Part shown: piece after piece, positions 1 through 25,467 of the stretch
Numbering within the stretch: the first letter of the stretch is position 1
Layout: each line of letters begins with the position of its first letter
DNA from: Tubulanus polymorphus
Taxonomy: Eukaryota > Animalia > Nemertea
DNA: 64,000 nt
NCBI RefSeq assembly: GCF_964204645.1
Contig: NC_134033.1
Span: forward strand, 15,384,655-15,448,654
Direction of reading: 5' to 3'
The notes under the pieces: model-generated
Database searches by the model: none
The model's input: the letters and a program-made list of their open reading frames with translations, nothing else
What the model was told of the DNA's origin: nothing
Translations under genes and position numbers: made by a program

Positions 1-141
1 GCATAATGCATGTAAACATATAAACACCCGTTCGGGAACGTGGATGTGCGAGGGGTTGGGCGTTCCCGATGAACTTCTCCGGCCATATTGAGAGTTCCCA
101 GCGAGTGAGGGCTTCATTAGGATCGGCAAAATTAATGGTAC

Positions 142-359
142 CTTTGATAAAAGTTTGAGCTACGAACCTTTTCAGTACAGTTCAGTACTCCGCTTGTGTC
201 GACGTCCATTTCTGGTACAATATCATCTGGAATCGCAGCGCTCCTAACAGCGGCCATTCCGCACATTTCTGGATGCCAATGCCCAGCGCCCAAATATCTA
301 CCAGTCACCAGGGCCATCATAGAAGTAACAAAAGTGATAGCAATTTTAAGCGTGGCCAT
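142..359 (-). CDS. Probable first coding exon of a secreted protein that continues off the left edge
   Basis: ATG at 359 gives MATLKIAITFVTSMMALVTG-RYLGAGHWHPEMCG (signal-peptide-like). AG acceptor just upstream, donor AAG|GTACCA at 141. Candidate upstream non-coding donors near 1015 and 1161 and TTTATAAA near 1250. No recognisable domain. Confidence 0.4.
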
Positions 360-2268
360 CTCCTTTTTTGTGAATGATAAGAAACGATTTGAAAAAAGAA
401 ATTGCTGCGATTTGCCGGTTGTGTCACGAAGAGGCATTCGTATGATGGATCAGCTCGTTCGATTGCTGTTTTATAGATCCGCGACGGTACAAAAAACTAG
501 AGAGGTTTTTTACCGCACAAAAAAACTTCATCAACAGGGAAGTAAAATGCGTTCGCTGTATTTTTCTCTGAAACGATACGCGGAATCCATCGATTCCAAA
601 GTGAATCGATGCTATTTCCATCCGCGCACGTACAAAACAAGCATCCGCGTGACCGACTAGATTTAAAAAAAAACCCGGTTCGGTTGTGTTCACCGTATTA
701 CGGCGAGAATCCCGTGCAATCGGTGACATTTTGCCACGGGTAAAAGAATTATCGTTTTTTCAAAAATCGAATCGATCAACAATGTGGAAATTCGGCGATG
801 TGGTTATCGGGATTTTTATGAAGATAAATATCCCAGAAGATGAAATCGATGAAACGTCAGTGTTGGGTTATATTGACCAGTAAAATTCACTATTCTAGAA
901 TATAGACTGAACCTGTTTTGCCATTGAAGAGACACTATTTCGTGTTGTAACGATTAAGTTGAGAATCCCACACTGATAAAAACGAAAGATGCGTAGTTCC
1001 GAAAAATTCCCTACCTGAAGAATATGACGACTAGGTCATAGTCGAAACGTCGAACGAATAAAGACATCAGCTAGGCCTATATCGGAAATTTTATCTGATT
1101 TATTATTTGCTTGGTTGATTCGGTCTGATTTGATTCGGTGTCGCTTACAAACGTACCTCACCTGCCGGTAGCGAAACAGGGTTCGAATATTGACAAATAT
1201 CGCAAACCTCTGCCTTCCTTGGTACGGGCCAAATCGGTTACAAGCCAATTTATAAACCGCTCGAGAAGTCGTTTCAATTTAATGTAGCAATGTTCCGAAT
1301 GTCTCAGACCAGCTTAGTTCTATGGCCAATCAAACAACTTAAGATCAGTCTTAAGATTTGAGACCACTTTTTGACTTAAGTCACGACTGTGCAACTGGCC
1401 CAGCTCAAGTTAGTTAAAGTTTACCCTAAGTGTTCGAATTCAGTTCATTTTGCAACGAGTTAACACTCTGAGTCACATGTTAATTCGCGACTGTAGAATC
1501 GGGTCCATTATTTCATAAAAATGATTAACACAAAGTTTCATAAAAATGATAAACTCTCAGATCGATTAAAGATTGAAAATCGATTTAAGAATTACATCGT
1601 TTTATTGTACCGTACGCCAGAGGTTAAACTCGGCATGAACTGCTGCGCGCGAAGCTGTGACTGGCTCCATCTAGCGGATAAGACATGAAAACGGAAGAAA
1701 AAGAAATGTAAAAACCCTGACTGATCAGTTTATAACTGTGAGTTTATTTTCATTACTACAGTTTATCAACTAATCAATAGGTGGCGTGATGTACGCTATT
1801 TATCAGACCAGGTTTTGATCGTTCATTCAAGTACATCTCACACTACAGAGGCAAGTGTATATTTATGCATAGTAAAAATACATATATTTCATCGTAACAG
1901 ATTGTTAAAAATCATATTCAGAAGCCTTTTTTTCGATTTTCACTCTAACTACTTATATACTTGTGACACAAAACTTATAGAAAGTGGGAAAATAGTTTTA
2001 AAGAAATAAATACTACAAATGTTCATACTGCTGCACCCAAATAATTGTCATGGGTCCAGTGTCACAGTCGTTAACTAAAGGCAAAAGTGTAAGACTAGTC
2101 TTAACCTGTTAGATTGGCATTAAAACCAAAATGAGCTTAATCTGGTCTTAATTGTTAGACAAGCAGCTATGGAACAAAAATGGTCTTTGACTCGTCTTAA
2201 ACCTAAGTCTAGACTGCGCAACGGACACCTGCTTTCATAAACAAACTTTCAAATCATTCTACGGGAGT

Positions 2269-3786
2269 TTAAATCCTACCGATGACGGCCATCGCCATGG
2301 CAACGACGAGCGTTGCTATGGACAACCGTGACGCGGTAGCGCTGTTACACCAGTCCATGTTATCACAACAGATCGGGGTGTCCATAGTTGACGTTCGCGC
2401 CGCGATTGTTGTACCTCCAATTGATGGATAAGCATGGAGTTCAATTGCATTCTTGAACGCCGCTTTCGCCGTTTCTATGTGTACATTGTAAGCGGCGTCG
2501 CCGCATGCCATTGCTGTAACACAACCTCGTTTCACGTAACTGATACCATTAGACTTGCCTCTCATAATCTGCAATTACAAATTTGATATAAACCCTCTTA
2601 CAGTTCTCTGACTATGGATTTGAATGCGATGTATTTTTTGGTATTACTTACTACGGCTACAGATTGACCGTTTCCTGTACAAATACCGCCAAACTTGTGT
2701 TCTTTTTCGGCGGCTGATATGAAGCCCTGCGTGGCTTTCGCTGCTTCATAAAGAGCCGGCTGTCCATCATAGCATGCTTTAAACCCGTGAGTCACATGCT
2801 TAGAATTGGCCTTGTCGGCGCCATCACATTCGAATGCTAATAGCGGAAGACCGCTGCGCTTTCCTGTTGAAATAGAAAATTAGAAATGACTTAACTTTAA
2901 ATGTTAGTTGCGAGATGGGCGCATTCGAACAGTTGATTGAAGTTCGCATCTGCGAAAACAACAGCGGGATACAAAAGATGGAACATTTAAAAAAACTGAA
3001 TACAGGCCCGTACCCAGAGGGCGTTGGGTGCGTCCCAAAATATCGAGTTCCACTATTTTTGTCAAAGAAAATTTCTAAGACTTGATTTCATGTCTCTTTC
3101 CCCTCACACTTGCTCACATTCATATAACTATGATATAGACATAGACTGTTATCAATTTGCCAGTCTCCATAATCGAAGGGTGGGACTCCAGTATATACTG
3201 TCGAATGAATAGACCTAATAAAAACTTATTCTGAATAGGTTTCGCGGATTAATTACATTTTTCAGTGACATTTTTATATGAAATTTTCACTACAATTTGG
3301 CCGAAAATGCATCTAGAATGTTTCTATTTTCAAAAATTTCGCGGGGAGGCTCGCAGTGGCCACCGACGCAATCAAATAAGTCCCACCCTCTCTAAATTCG
3401 TTCCCACTCAAAAGAGGGGCATAAAATGATGTAAAATTTACTAAATTACGGTTTCCAAACTACGTATGAAACATCGGACTCAAATCTACAATTAACTTCG
3501 TTTGTTTATTTAGAAACGGAATCCTACACAACACCGTGAAAATATCCTATAATAATAATAATTATTATCATTATATAATTATAATAATAATTATTATTAT
3601 TATAATAATTTTTTTCCAAATCCATATTAGAATATGCTCTTTGGCTTACAAATATAAGGTAGTCAAAGGTAGTTTTTTTTTTTTTTCACTAATTACAAAA
3701 GAAAATAAACAGTAGAAAGTTTTAATATTACCTTGCGCCATCAGAACGAGGCAGCAGAGAGCGGAGATACATAAAACTAGCTTCAT
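2269..3786 (-). CDS. Ly6/uPAR (three-finger, quiver/sleepless-like) GPI-anchored protein, 3 exons (3786-3732, 2863-2652, 2568-2269), 188 aa
   Basis: Signal peptide MKLVLCISALCCLVLMAQG; phase-consistent GT-AG introns; KRGC motif; terminal CCDNMDWCN followed by SA and a hydrophobic GPI signal (RLSIATLVVAMAMAVIGRI). Confidence 0.8.
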
Positions 3787-4210
3787 CTCGTAGAATTCAA
3801 GTCTCGCTACTTTGTGTGGTGTTGCAACCAAAAAGATCTCATCGACCAAACTGATTCGAGCACCGATATCCTCGGTTCTTAAATAGCAAACCTATTCATT
3901 GCTTGGTTACTAGAACACTGTTTGTAGCAACAGAACCAGTTTTCATTTTGTTGTGCTATGTCATGTTGCCACGAATAATGTTGTTTTATATTATGTTTTT
4001 GGCTCGATTAGCAAAGTGTTTTGTTAAACGGTCACCATTTTCTCGCGGCTGTTTCAAAGTATCATAATTCGTCACTGGAGCCAGTTTTATTTTTTACGGC
4101 GAATCGTAATCATTTTCCATTGGTTTAAAATCCTGTTTAAAAATTTACAGACAAATTTCAAAATGTTCCCAGGGACTATCTTTCTTCCACCTCTATGAAA
4201 CCAAGCCCTG

Positions 4211-4348
4211 GGGCCGGTTGCATAGTCGTGGCTTAGATTTAAGACTGGTCAAAGACCAACTTAGTTCTATACTCGATCTTACAACTTAAGACCAGTCTTA
4301 AGATTTAAGACCACTTTTGGACTTAAGTCACGACTGTGCAACTGGGCC
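4211..4348. mobile_element. PIF/Harbinger-like MITE (family A)
   Basis: TIRs GGGCCGGTTGCATAGTC...GACTGTGCAACTGGGCC flanked by CTG/CTG. Related copies at about 1300-1402, 2050-2230, 56058-56196 and 56703-56821 (CAG/CAG flanks). Confidence 0.7.
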
Positions 4349-6350
4349 CTGGGTACTAAGTTAGATAACTAACTTGTCTTTATCATATTCTGTAATTTTT
4401 AGCGGTTATACATCAAACAGTGTATTGAAACCTGAGAGACTCAGTACGGACTGGCATTCCAAAGGTTAACGAATCAACAACCACCAGGTGATTTAAGAAT
4501 TGCTTTAAATTTGAAGAGAATTTGACCAGATCGCCGAGTCGGTGCTATTTTGAAAAGCAATTTTTTAATGATCTATCTTTTGAATAAACCATCACAATTA
4601 GCCAATCTGAGATCGCATTTCATTTTGTCGGTGGTGGCGATGCTGCGATGCTCGTCGATGTCATGAGGTTCGAATCCCAGAATAGCTGCGCTTGCGCCCG
4701 CTCGTCTACGTCATCATGCTAGATGTCTTCTTTATTGTATGAATACACTAGCGCAACAGGCGGGAATTGTCGGGTCAACAATGAGGACTCAACGGTCGAC
4801 TGAAGCGATCGAAGATTCCACTCGTGGCAAGCGAGGGTCCGCTATAGGCGCGCTAGTACGCATTAGACAACGGTCCTAAAATTCTCTTCAGATCTCAAAT
4901 TTTGTGGATGACGAACAATTACGAACCCTAAAAACCAGCTGAGTTCATGCTGGACATCATTATGGAATTCTCGATGTTGGAGGCTCAAAATCAAGTGGAT
5001 GTTTACGATGAGGAAATGACCTAGTTTTGATCGAGTCCATTTATCAGTTAAACGAGACAAGGGACGTGCTTTGAAAGTTAACTTGATTCATTTAGGAATT
5101 ACGATGCTAGTGCATACTAAAAGGTTCATCGGGTAGAACTTTTGAATCTAGTAACCTTCAAAAGAATTTAGTTCAAAAACCAGGTTAACACGGTTCATTT
5201 ACTTCTTGGTATTTGACGTCAACCTAAACGATAAAAGTGTTCGCTTTCGAAATCTATTTCGAAAAAGAACCTATAGCGCTGATTAATCAGAGAAAATAAG
5301 GTCGCAAAATAAGTGTATGAAAAGGCTTACTTTAGATGGTCGTTACTATCAACACATGAGATAAAACAAATCGTTTGCATCGTTACAACGCCTACAATAA
5401 CGATCACATGGGGCTTGAATGAATGCTTTTTTCAAATGAATAGTGAATGAATGTTTTATTCAAATGAATATTCAATGTATTTTGCTCTATTTTCAGAAGT
5501 TATAACAACGTGTTTTTTCTAAGCGACGAGTGACACGTATTGTTCATACTAACTCTTTTAGATTTTCTTCTAGAAAGTTCACTTTTTTTCTTAGTGGTTC
5601 AAGTATGTCAGGATCGTTAAGTGATATTATATGTAAATGTTTGCCATAGAGATTGGACAACTGCCGAGTTTCACTATTTTGCATTAAAGACATATTCTCT
5701 GGGCTCTCTAATCTCTGCTAGCGTGAAGAGCTTTCCAACATAATCCGAAAAGAACAAAATTTGGGATGAGTCAAATATAGCAGCGCAGCAGCCTCGGGCG
5801 AACTTCGGTTATCGGAGTTAGTCGACTTAAGTTGAACTAAATGAAACCGAATGTCCGATAGTCGGAACTATGGTCCAGAAATGGTCGACCACGCAATTGA
5901 GCACGGTCGCTACAGTTCGGACCTAGGTTCAAGATGGCCGATACTGTGAAATACGTTACGACCGAACTAAAGCGCACTCAGTTATTAGTTCCAACCACTT
6001 AGTCGACTAGCTATGAAAACCTAAGTTGGCCCTATAAAAGGCCGGGTTTGACAGCTGCTGTCAAAATACGTAGCGTCTTTGCGATGGACTCGAGTTACTT
6101 CAGCGGGGGCCTTCTTACTGCGGTACCTACCACGAAAGTCGAATTTGCGTGGCCAAGTAGCCGTAAACCCTTCGTGTTTTCAATTCCAGTGTAAAACGTG
6201 CACGGCGTCAGAAATTTCAAAAATGAATTGACGATGATCTCTATAGGGAAAGTTCGAAACTTCGTATCCTCCGTTTTTAGTTCTAGTTTATTGAATAATG
6301 ATAAGTTTTGCATTTAGATTTTTAGTGAGCTTTCGACGTAACTACTGTGC

Positions 6351-6993
6351 GCTGGCTGGGCGAGTGGTTAGAGCGTTCGACTCTCGGAAGCCAGGTCGTG
6401 GGTGAGTGGTTAGAGCGTTCGACTCTAGGAAGCCAGGTCGTGGGCGAGTGGTTAGAGCGTTCGACTCTAGGAAGCCAGGTCGTGGGCGAGTGGTTAGAGC
6501 GTTCGACTCTGGGAAGCCAGGTCGTGGGCGAGTGGTTAGAGCGTTCGACTCTAGGAAGCCAGGTCGTGGGCGAGTGGTTAGAGCGTTCGCCTCTAGGAAG
6601 CCAGGTCGTGGGCGAGTGGTTAGAGCGTTCGCCTCTAGGAAGCCAGGTCGTGGGCGAGTGGTTAGAGCGTTCGCCTCTAGGAAGCCAGGTCGTGGGCGAG
6701 TGGTTAGAGCGTTCGCCTCTAGGAAGCCAGGTCGTGGGCGAGTGGTTAGAGCGTTCGACTCTAGGAAGCCAGGTCGTGGGCGAGTGGTTAGAGCGTTCGA
6801 CTCTGGGAAGCCAGGTCGTGGGCGAGTGGTTAGAGCGTTCGACTCTAGGAAGCCAGGTCGTGGGTTCCCCGTACATTACCGTAGTGTCCGAGGGCAAGAC
6901 GCTAATCCTCACTCTTCGTCCAGGAGCGAATGGGCACCTGGCCTGATAGATGACTCCTGAGCGCCTAGCAACTGCTCGGATGTTACTCCCCAG
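6351..6993 (+). mobile_element. tRNA-derived SINE with tandemly amplified head
   Basis: A-box-like TGGGCGAGTGG head, GTGGGTTC T-arm remnant at about 6860, then SINE-body-like GTGTCCGAGGGCAAGACGCTAATCCT and AATGGGCACCTGG, ending in a purine microsatellite. Confidence 0.6.
6358..6861 (+). repeat. 42-bp minisatellite, 12 copies
   Basis: Unit GGGCGAGTGGTTAGAGCGTTCG(A/C)CTCT(A/G/C)GGAAGCCAGGTCGT, head to tail with no spacers. Confidence 0.95.
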
Positions 6994-7328
6994 AGAGAGA
7001 GAGGGAGAGGGAGAGGGAGAGGGAGAGGGAGAGGGAGAGGGAGAGGGAGAGGGAGAGGGAGAGGGAGAGGGAGAGGGAGAGGGAGAGGGAGAGGGAGAGG
7101 GAGAGGGAGAGGGAGAGGGAGAGGGAGAGGGAGAGGGAGAGGGAGAGGGAGAGGGAGAGGGAGAGGGAGAGGGAGAGGGAGAGGGAGAGGGAGAGGGAGA
7201 GGGAGAGGGAGAGGGAGAGGGAGAGGGAGAGGGAGAGGGAGAGGGAGAGGGAGAGGGAGAGGGAGAGGGAGAGGGAGAGGGAGAGGGAGAGGGAGAGGGA
7301 GAGGGAGAGGGAGAGGGAGAGGGAGAGA
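6994..7328. repeat. (GAGGGA)n microsatellite, about 55 units
   Basis: Directly visible. Confidence 0.98.
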
Positions 7329-9329
7329 ACACACGAATACTCGAATGGAGCTGGTAATAATACCAATTTATTGGAAAAAGGGCGCTTAATAGAAAGTAAA
7401 TTACCGTTACTAAATTACTACTATTTTCTAACCCCTTTGAGCGCACCTACGTAACTTCAGCGCCACTTCTTAATTTCTAAATGTCATCGGCATGATTTAT
7501 AAGCAAAGCCGTTAGATTTTGACCCGTATTTTAGTGCCATTCGATGTAAGCTTTTCTGTAAGAGCATTAAACCATAATTTGTTTCGATCCGGTTTCGGAA
7601 ATAAAAACCGCGGCGGAACGAATACTGTTGAAACACAGAACCCGATGAAAAGCATTCAATGAATGGTTATTGGTCGATGAAAGAAAAGAAAATAAATCAT
7701 CGAAAACAGAGCTTAACGAAAACTCAAAAAGGCCTTGAATTGAACACGAGGTGATTGTTCGATTGTTGAAAGACACGAAACCTGTTGATTTGTTCGATTG
7801 AAAAAATCAGCACGCCGCGCGTTACTGCGATACTATGAAACAATTCACGGTATTTCAGCGGTGAATGAACCTACAACAGAAGAGCGCGTCTAAGCTGTTG
7901 ACGGAGTGAATAGATGAAATGTCTTTCCTACGAAAATCGATTCAAAACTTATGGCGATATGCCCTCACAGGTTTTCGGGCTATAAGTTTTGAATTCAAAG
8001 CCCGGCGGCGGCGATGGGGAAATCAATTACGTTCGTTTCAACGTACACACACGGGACTGAACCTGCCCTTTATTTTGTTGCCAATATTTCGAAAGAGCTT
8101 AAGATTTGCGGGTCGGGTCAAATATGTAGGTTACGTAGTAAATTTTCATTGATTTATTGTTAAATGGTTATGTGGTGTTTATTAATTGGTCGACGATACA
8201 AACGGTTCCAGAATTGTCGATCCGATAGTTCTATAACAAATAAACGCCGATGATTTTAAGATCAAATAAAAATGTACCGTAGGAAGCGTTTTGCTGACCC
8301 GGATAGTCTTCGCGCATTTATTTCACTCCAGTGATTAGCCCTCCATAGTGGCTGTCCTAAGTCAATACGTTGATAAGCCCACAAGAAATATAAACTAAGA
8401 GATAAACTCAACTCTATGAGCCATTTTCCAAATATCTAAATGGCTATTTTGGCAATGGCCCATAGAATTGAGTTGAAAAGTTTCACTATCCCTTAGGTTT
8501 TTGTTTTCTTGCAGTGGGTTTATCAATTTACTTACACGTGTTCTGGAGCCAGATTTTGCAAACTCGTAAATAAGGAAAATGCCCCCGATACATGTAAACA
8601 TGTAGAAACCCTAATCGTCTTACCGAAATACCGATCGAAACATCGTTTTTAGGAAAATCCATTTTCAAAAAAATAAACATTTATTGTGTTCCTCGCCAAA
8701 CACAATAAATCTGTTCAATACACGTCAGGTTGACGAGAATATGATTTTGTGAATGTTTATATGGTGCATCGATTAATCATTATATGAAAAACCGTACAAT
8801 TTCATACACCTAAATCCGGCCGTTGATATTCGTTACTTCTTTTTCGAATTCAAAATATTTATTCAAATATATCTATTTTAGACGACGGAGCGAAAAAACT
8901 TTTCATTTTCGGTATTGTCATCAATGACATATTTTGTCTCATAGTTAAATAGACCACGTGCAAGTGAAGGCTATAGATTGTCGTCCGGGTAACTGACAAC
9001 AAACATTGTAACAGGTACGATTAGGCCGGTTTGGATATCATACCAAAAGGGATACAAAAAAAGTAAAAGAACGCCTGTCACTGAATCATGCGTCACACAT
9101 AATGAATGTTTAGGATGGATTTTGCCTTTTCAAAATACGTCACTAACCGTGTTAATTATTTATCACGATTGAGTCGATTGAAAAGGCAAATAATGATTAA
9201 TTAACGGCGATTATTTAAATATCTAGGTCACGTGACCTCTCTACTTGACATTATAGAACTCGGTCGTGCATCAACAACTCGAAATTCACATTCCCCGTTT
9301 AAACGGAGCCTGGAAAACTGCGGCAGCAA

Positions 9330-9730
9330 TTCGATGATGTCATAGGGGGATGTATGAATTCAGCCATCTTCAAGTTTATATGAATCGATCGAACCTGATA
9401 ATTTGATGATGTCATAGGGTATCTATGTAGACGGCCATCTTTTCTAGAAGAAAAAGAAATTGCACCTGACAATTTCATGACGTCATAGGGGGATCTAAAC
9501 GATGTAGCCATCTTTTCCGGGAGGTTCTATAAATAAAAGGTAACACTGGGTAATTTGATGATGTCATAGGGTATCTATGTAGACGGCCATCTTTTCTAGA
9601 AGAAAGAGAAATTGCACCTGACAATTTCATGACGTCATAAGGGGATCTAAACGATGTAGCCATCTTTTCCGGGAGGTTCTTTAAATAACGGGTAACACTG
9701 GGTAATTTGATGATGTCATAGGGGGATTCA
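9330..9730. repeat. Tandem duplication (about 149-bp unit) of a dispersed GATGATGTCATAGGGG repeat family
   Basis: About 9400-9548 is repeated at about 9549-9697. The same motif occurs near 17222, 21100 (reverse), 52635 and 53050-53235. Confidence 0.75.
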
Positions 9731-10137
9731 GGTGACTTCCCACTGCTGAATCCCTCCTCGGTTATTGACTCGCGATATCTCATTATAGTAAAATGTTTGC
9801 AGTTTATTCAGCCGAGTCGATGACGTTAATTAATAGGCTATCGGGTTTTACGTTAATGAATCGTATTTGGTTCGATTGATCAAAATGAAGATCAAGTATT
9901 AATTTAATTGCCCAATTAAAACATCTGTTCGTAACGTTTAAAAAGGCGCGAACGCGACGCGGTTATCACAGATCAGTCGTTTTACATTTACTTGTTGGAC
10001 ATCAGGAAAGGTAAGCACCAAGTATAAACCAGTAAACTAGCCAATCACCACGGACGCCATACGAGTCAGTTGATGCAGGGAAGTGTTCCCTGGTTGATGT
10101 CAGTTGTATTGGTTTAAAAACTACTGTGATTAAGTTT

Positions 10138-10522
10138 TTAGATTGGTTATAGAACCAGAATTAGCTTATGGACTGGTCTAAATTTGTTAGATTGGTTATA
10201 GAACCAGAATTAGCTTATGGACTGGCCTAAATTTGTTAGATTGGTTATAGAACCAGAATTAGCTTAGACTGGTCTCAAGTTGTTAGATTGGCTATAGAAC
10301 CAAAATGAGCTTAAGGGCTGGTCTAAATTTGATCGGTTATAGAACCAAAATGAGCTTAGACTGGTCTTAAGTTGTTGGATTGGTTATAGAACCAAAATGA
10401 GCTTAGACTGGTCTTAAGTTGTTAGATCGGCTATAGAACCAAAATGAGCTTAGACTGGTCTTAAGTTGTTGGATTGGTTATAGAACCAAAATGAGCTTAG
10501 ACTGGTCTTAAGTTATTAGATT
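10138..10522. repeat. About 47-bp minisatellite (about 8 copies) derived from the interior of MITE family A
   Basis: Unit AGATTGGTTATAGAACCAAAATGAGCTTAGACTGGTCTTAAGTTGTT matches the interior of the MITE at 56058-56196. Confidence 0.8.
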
Positions 10523-10668
10523 GTCTATATTCACCAGACACTACGTTCATTTAACCGGCTAAAATGTATTTACGTTCGTTTCTCAATTTCGAGCTGGCCA
10601 ACTCAGAATGAACTCGCAAGATGGCGTCGCGGTACAGTTAGAAACTTTGTTTCCTTTCAGCGACAACG

Positions 10669-23359
<12,691 letters not shown>

Positions 23360-23604
23360 TGGAGCTAATAGCTGTGTACGCTATTATTCCGGATAGATTT
23401 TGCAAATTGTAAAAATTTTCTCCGATCCGATTCGTTATTCATGTTTTCCTTCTAGAAATAAATCCGTTTTAGGCTCGCTGTACTCAATTTTTCGTTGGTA
23501 TTTTTGTGTAGATGCATTCTATTCTGACACAACGTTAACGCATTAATATATTGCATACGTGAATAAAAAATAAACAACTGTGCCTTTTAATTCCATTGCC
23601 AAAT

Positions 23605-24091
23605 CTAATAATCTAGACGGTGACCCAAAGTCTTGCAGGCAAGTTGTTTCATCACACAATACCATCTTCCGTTCACCCAGCCCCAGGTACGTTTAGCGTG
23701 CGAGAATCGACAGTTGTTATAGGCTTTCTCGATATGGGCGCGGGCGTCACGGTCTTGCCATTTGTTCCAGTAGCAGACCATAGCCTCGTTTGCGAAGTAA
23801 TATTTTGAAATGCTGTCTAGAAGACTCATACCCACGCTGAGAGCCGCTTTGATTCCCGCTGCAGCTACCGCTGCCACTCGTTTTTTTACACCATGAAACA
23901 TTTGCATTGTTTCTATTTTCTGTTCCTCCAAATCGACCTTATCTATCATTAGAAAAATATGAAAATCATCAAACCTGCCACCTTGACGCGTGGAAATAGA
24001 ATAGAATATGCTTACCGCCATCTTGCGCAATAGTAACAGTCACTAACCCGAGCAAACAGATGATCATCAACCAACCAAATACGAATTTCAT
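23605..24091 (-). CDS. Secreted 4-Cys prepropeptide, paralogue 1 (exons 24091-24016 and 23942-23605); candidate antimicrobial peptide or toxin
   Basis: Signal MKFVFGWLMIICLLGLVTVTIAQ, 73-nt phase-1 intron, acidic propeptide ending KKR, hydrophobic segment, then C-x20-C-x17-C-x6-C. Confidence 0.8.
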
Positions 24092-25467
24092 CTTGAAGCT
24101 TCTAGTTGATATATATATACGAAAAATAAACCATAAACAATATGATAATCACCGCTCCCATTTTCTTCAAATATACCGAGTACAATTCAATATAGATACA
24201 AACACATAAACACATTACATGCAATACTTCATCGACATTTTCTTGCTCTCAGATGGAACAGGTTTAGGTTCGGACTTTCCAATGAATTACCACACTGTAA
24301 ATACTGGTGGATGTCACAGTGGAAGAGTTGATACCAGCATTATAATTTACCTTTATGAAGTTGTCCTCATCAAGCCTCTCGACTTTCGTGGTGTTGTTAT
24401 TCAGCTCCCGTGGGATCATCTGAACCTTTTATTTCAGCAGAAAATAGATAATTCTTATCTTCCGTCCAGCTGTACATTAAACAGTCACTTATACTCATAA
24501 AATCTTGAATTATGACTTAAAATTCGGACTTTTATATCTCGAACAACTTTGGATAAAGTAGATTTGTGATATGGATGTGGGCGAGTGATGTAGGGCACCA
24601 CAAGCGACCAAAATATTTTGCGATATAGGAATTTAATAGGCAATAAAGAATGGTCAAAATCGGGACGCGATAGAAAAAAAAACAAGCAAGTTATCTCGTC
24701 TTTTAGTAAGGAAGAAACTACGTCATTTCGACCGGTTTGATGTGAAGGAAATACCACCGTTAGCCCGAACAACAGAGATATGAGTTACACTCCCTGTTAA
24801 TAGTTACCGTGCACCGATCGTTGGGCTTAGTACTTAACTAAGATATTATCAACAAAATATTAGGCTAAACAAAAATGATACCTATTCCTCCTAATCGACT
24901 GGTTTTTTTTTTTGATAACTGCAATAACATTTGTAATCGGTTCAGCGACCAGTGTATGTAGGCCGAGAAGATACATAACATCTATGTTAGATGAATAAGC
25001 GAGAGAAATTCCATCGAAGTATCAGCCAAAGATGTGAAGTGCTTCAGTAAAGCCATCATCAGTACACGTAACTTAACATTTTTGGCTGAAATATTTTTGT
25101 ATATCTTACTTATCCAAGACATATCTCAATATATGGTCATGATTGTGATGTCCTAAATCACTCGCCCAATATATCTCATTTAGTCCAAACGTGGTCGAGA
25201 TAAGCGTTGATTAAAGTCATAATTTAAGAATTTACGAGGAGCAAGAGACTTAATGGACAGCTGGGCGGGTGATAAGAATTTCTTATCCAGTAACTGCTGA
25301 AATACAAGGTTTCAATGTTCCAATGAAAAACAACGCCACGGAACTCGAGAGGTTTGATGAGGATAACTTCATAAAAGGTGAGTTTGATGAAAATAGGTGC
25401 GCTAATTGTACACGTGAAAGTACAACTAATGTCCGTTTATATTTCATGATCAACTAGAAGCTTCAAA

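Noticed and set aside
6358-6861. CRISPR array or tandem tRNA genes (including an apparent CTA amber anticodon)
   Set aside because: Units abut with no unique spacers and the context is eukaryotic with no cas genes. The units lack an acceptor stem and T-arm, and the anticodon stem does not pair.
6322-7446. Long ORFs of 127-374 aa on both strands
   Set aside because: They are open only because the 42-bp and 6-bp repeats lack stop codons.
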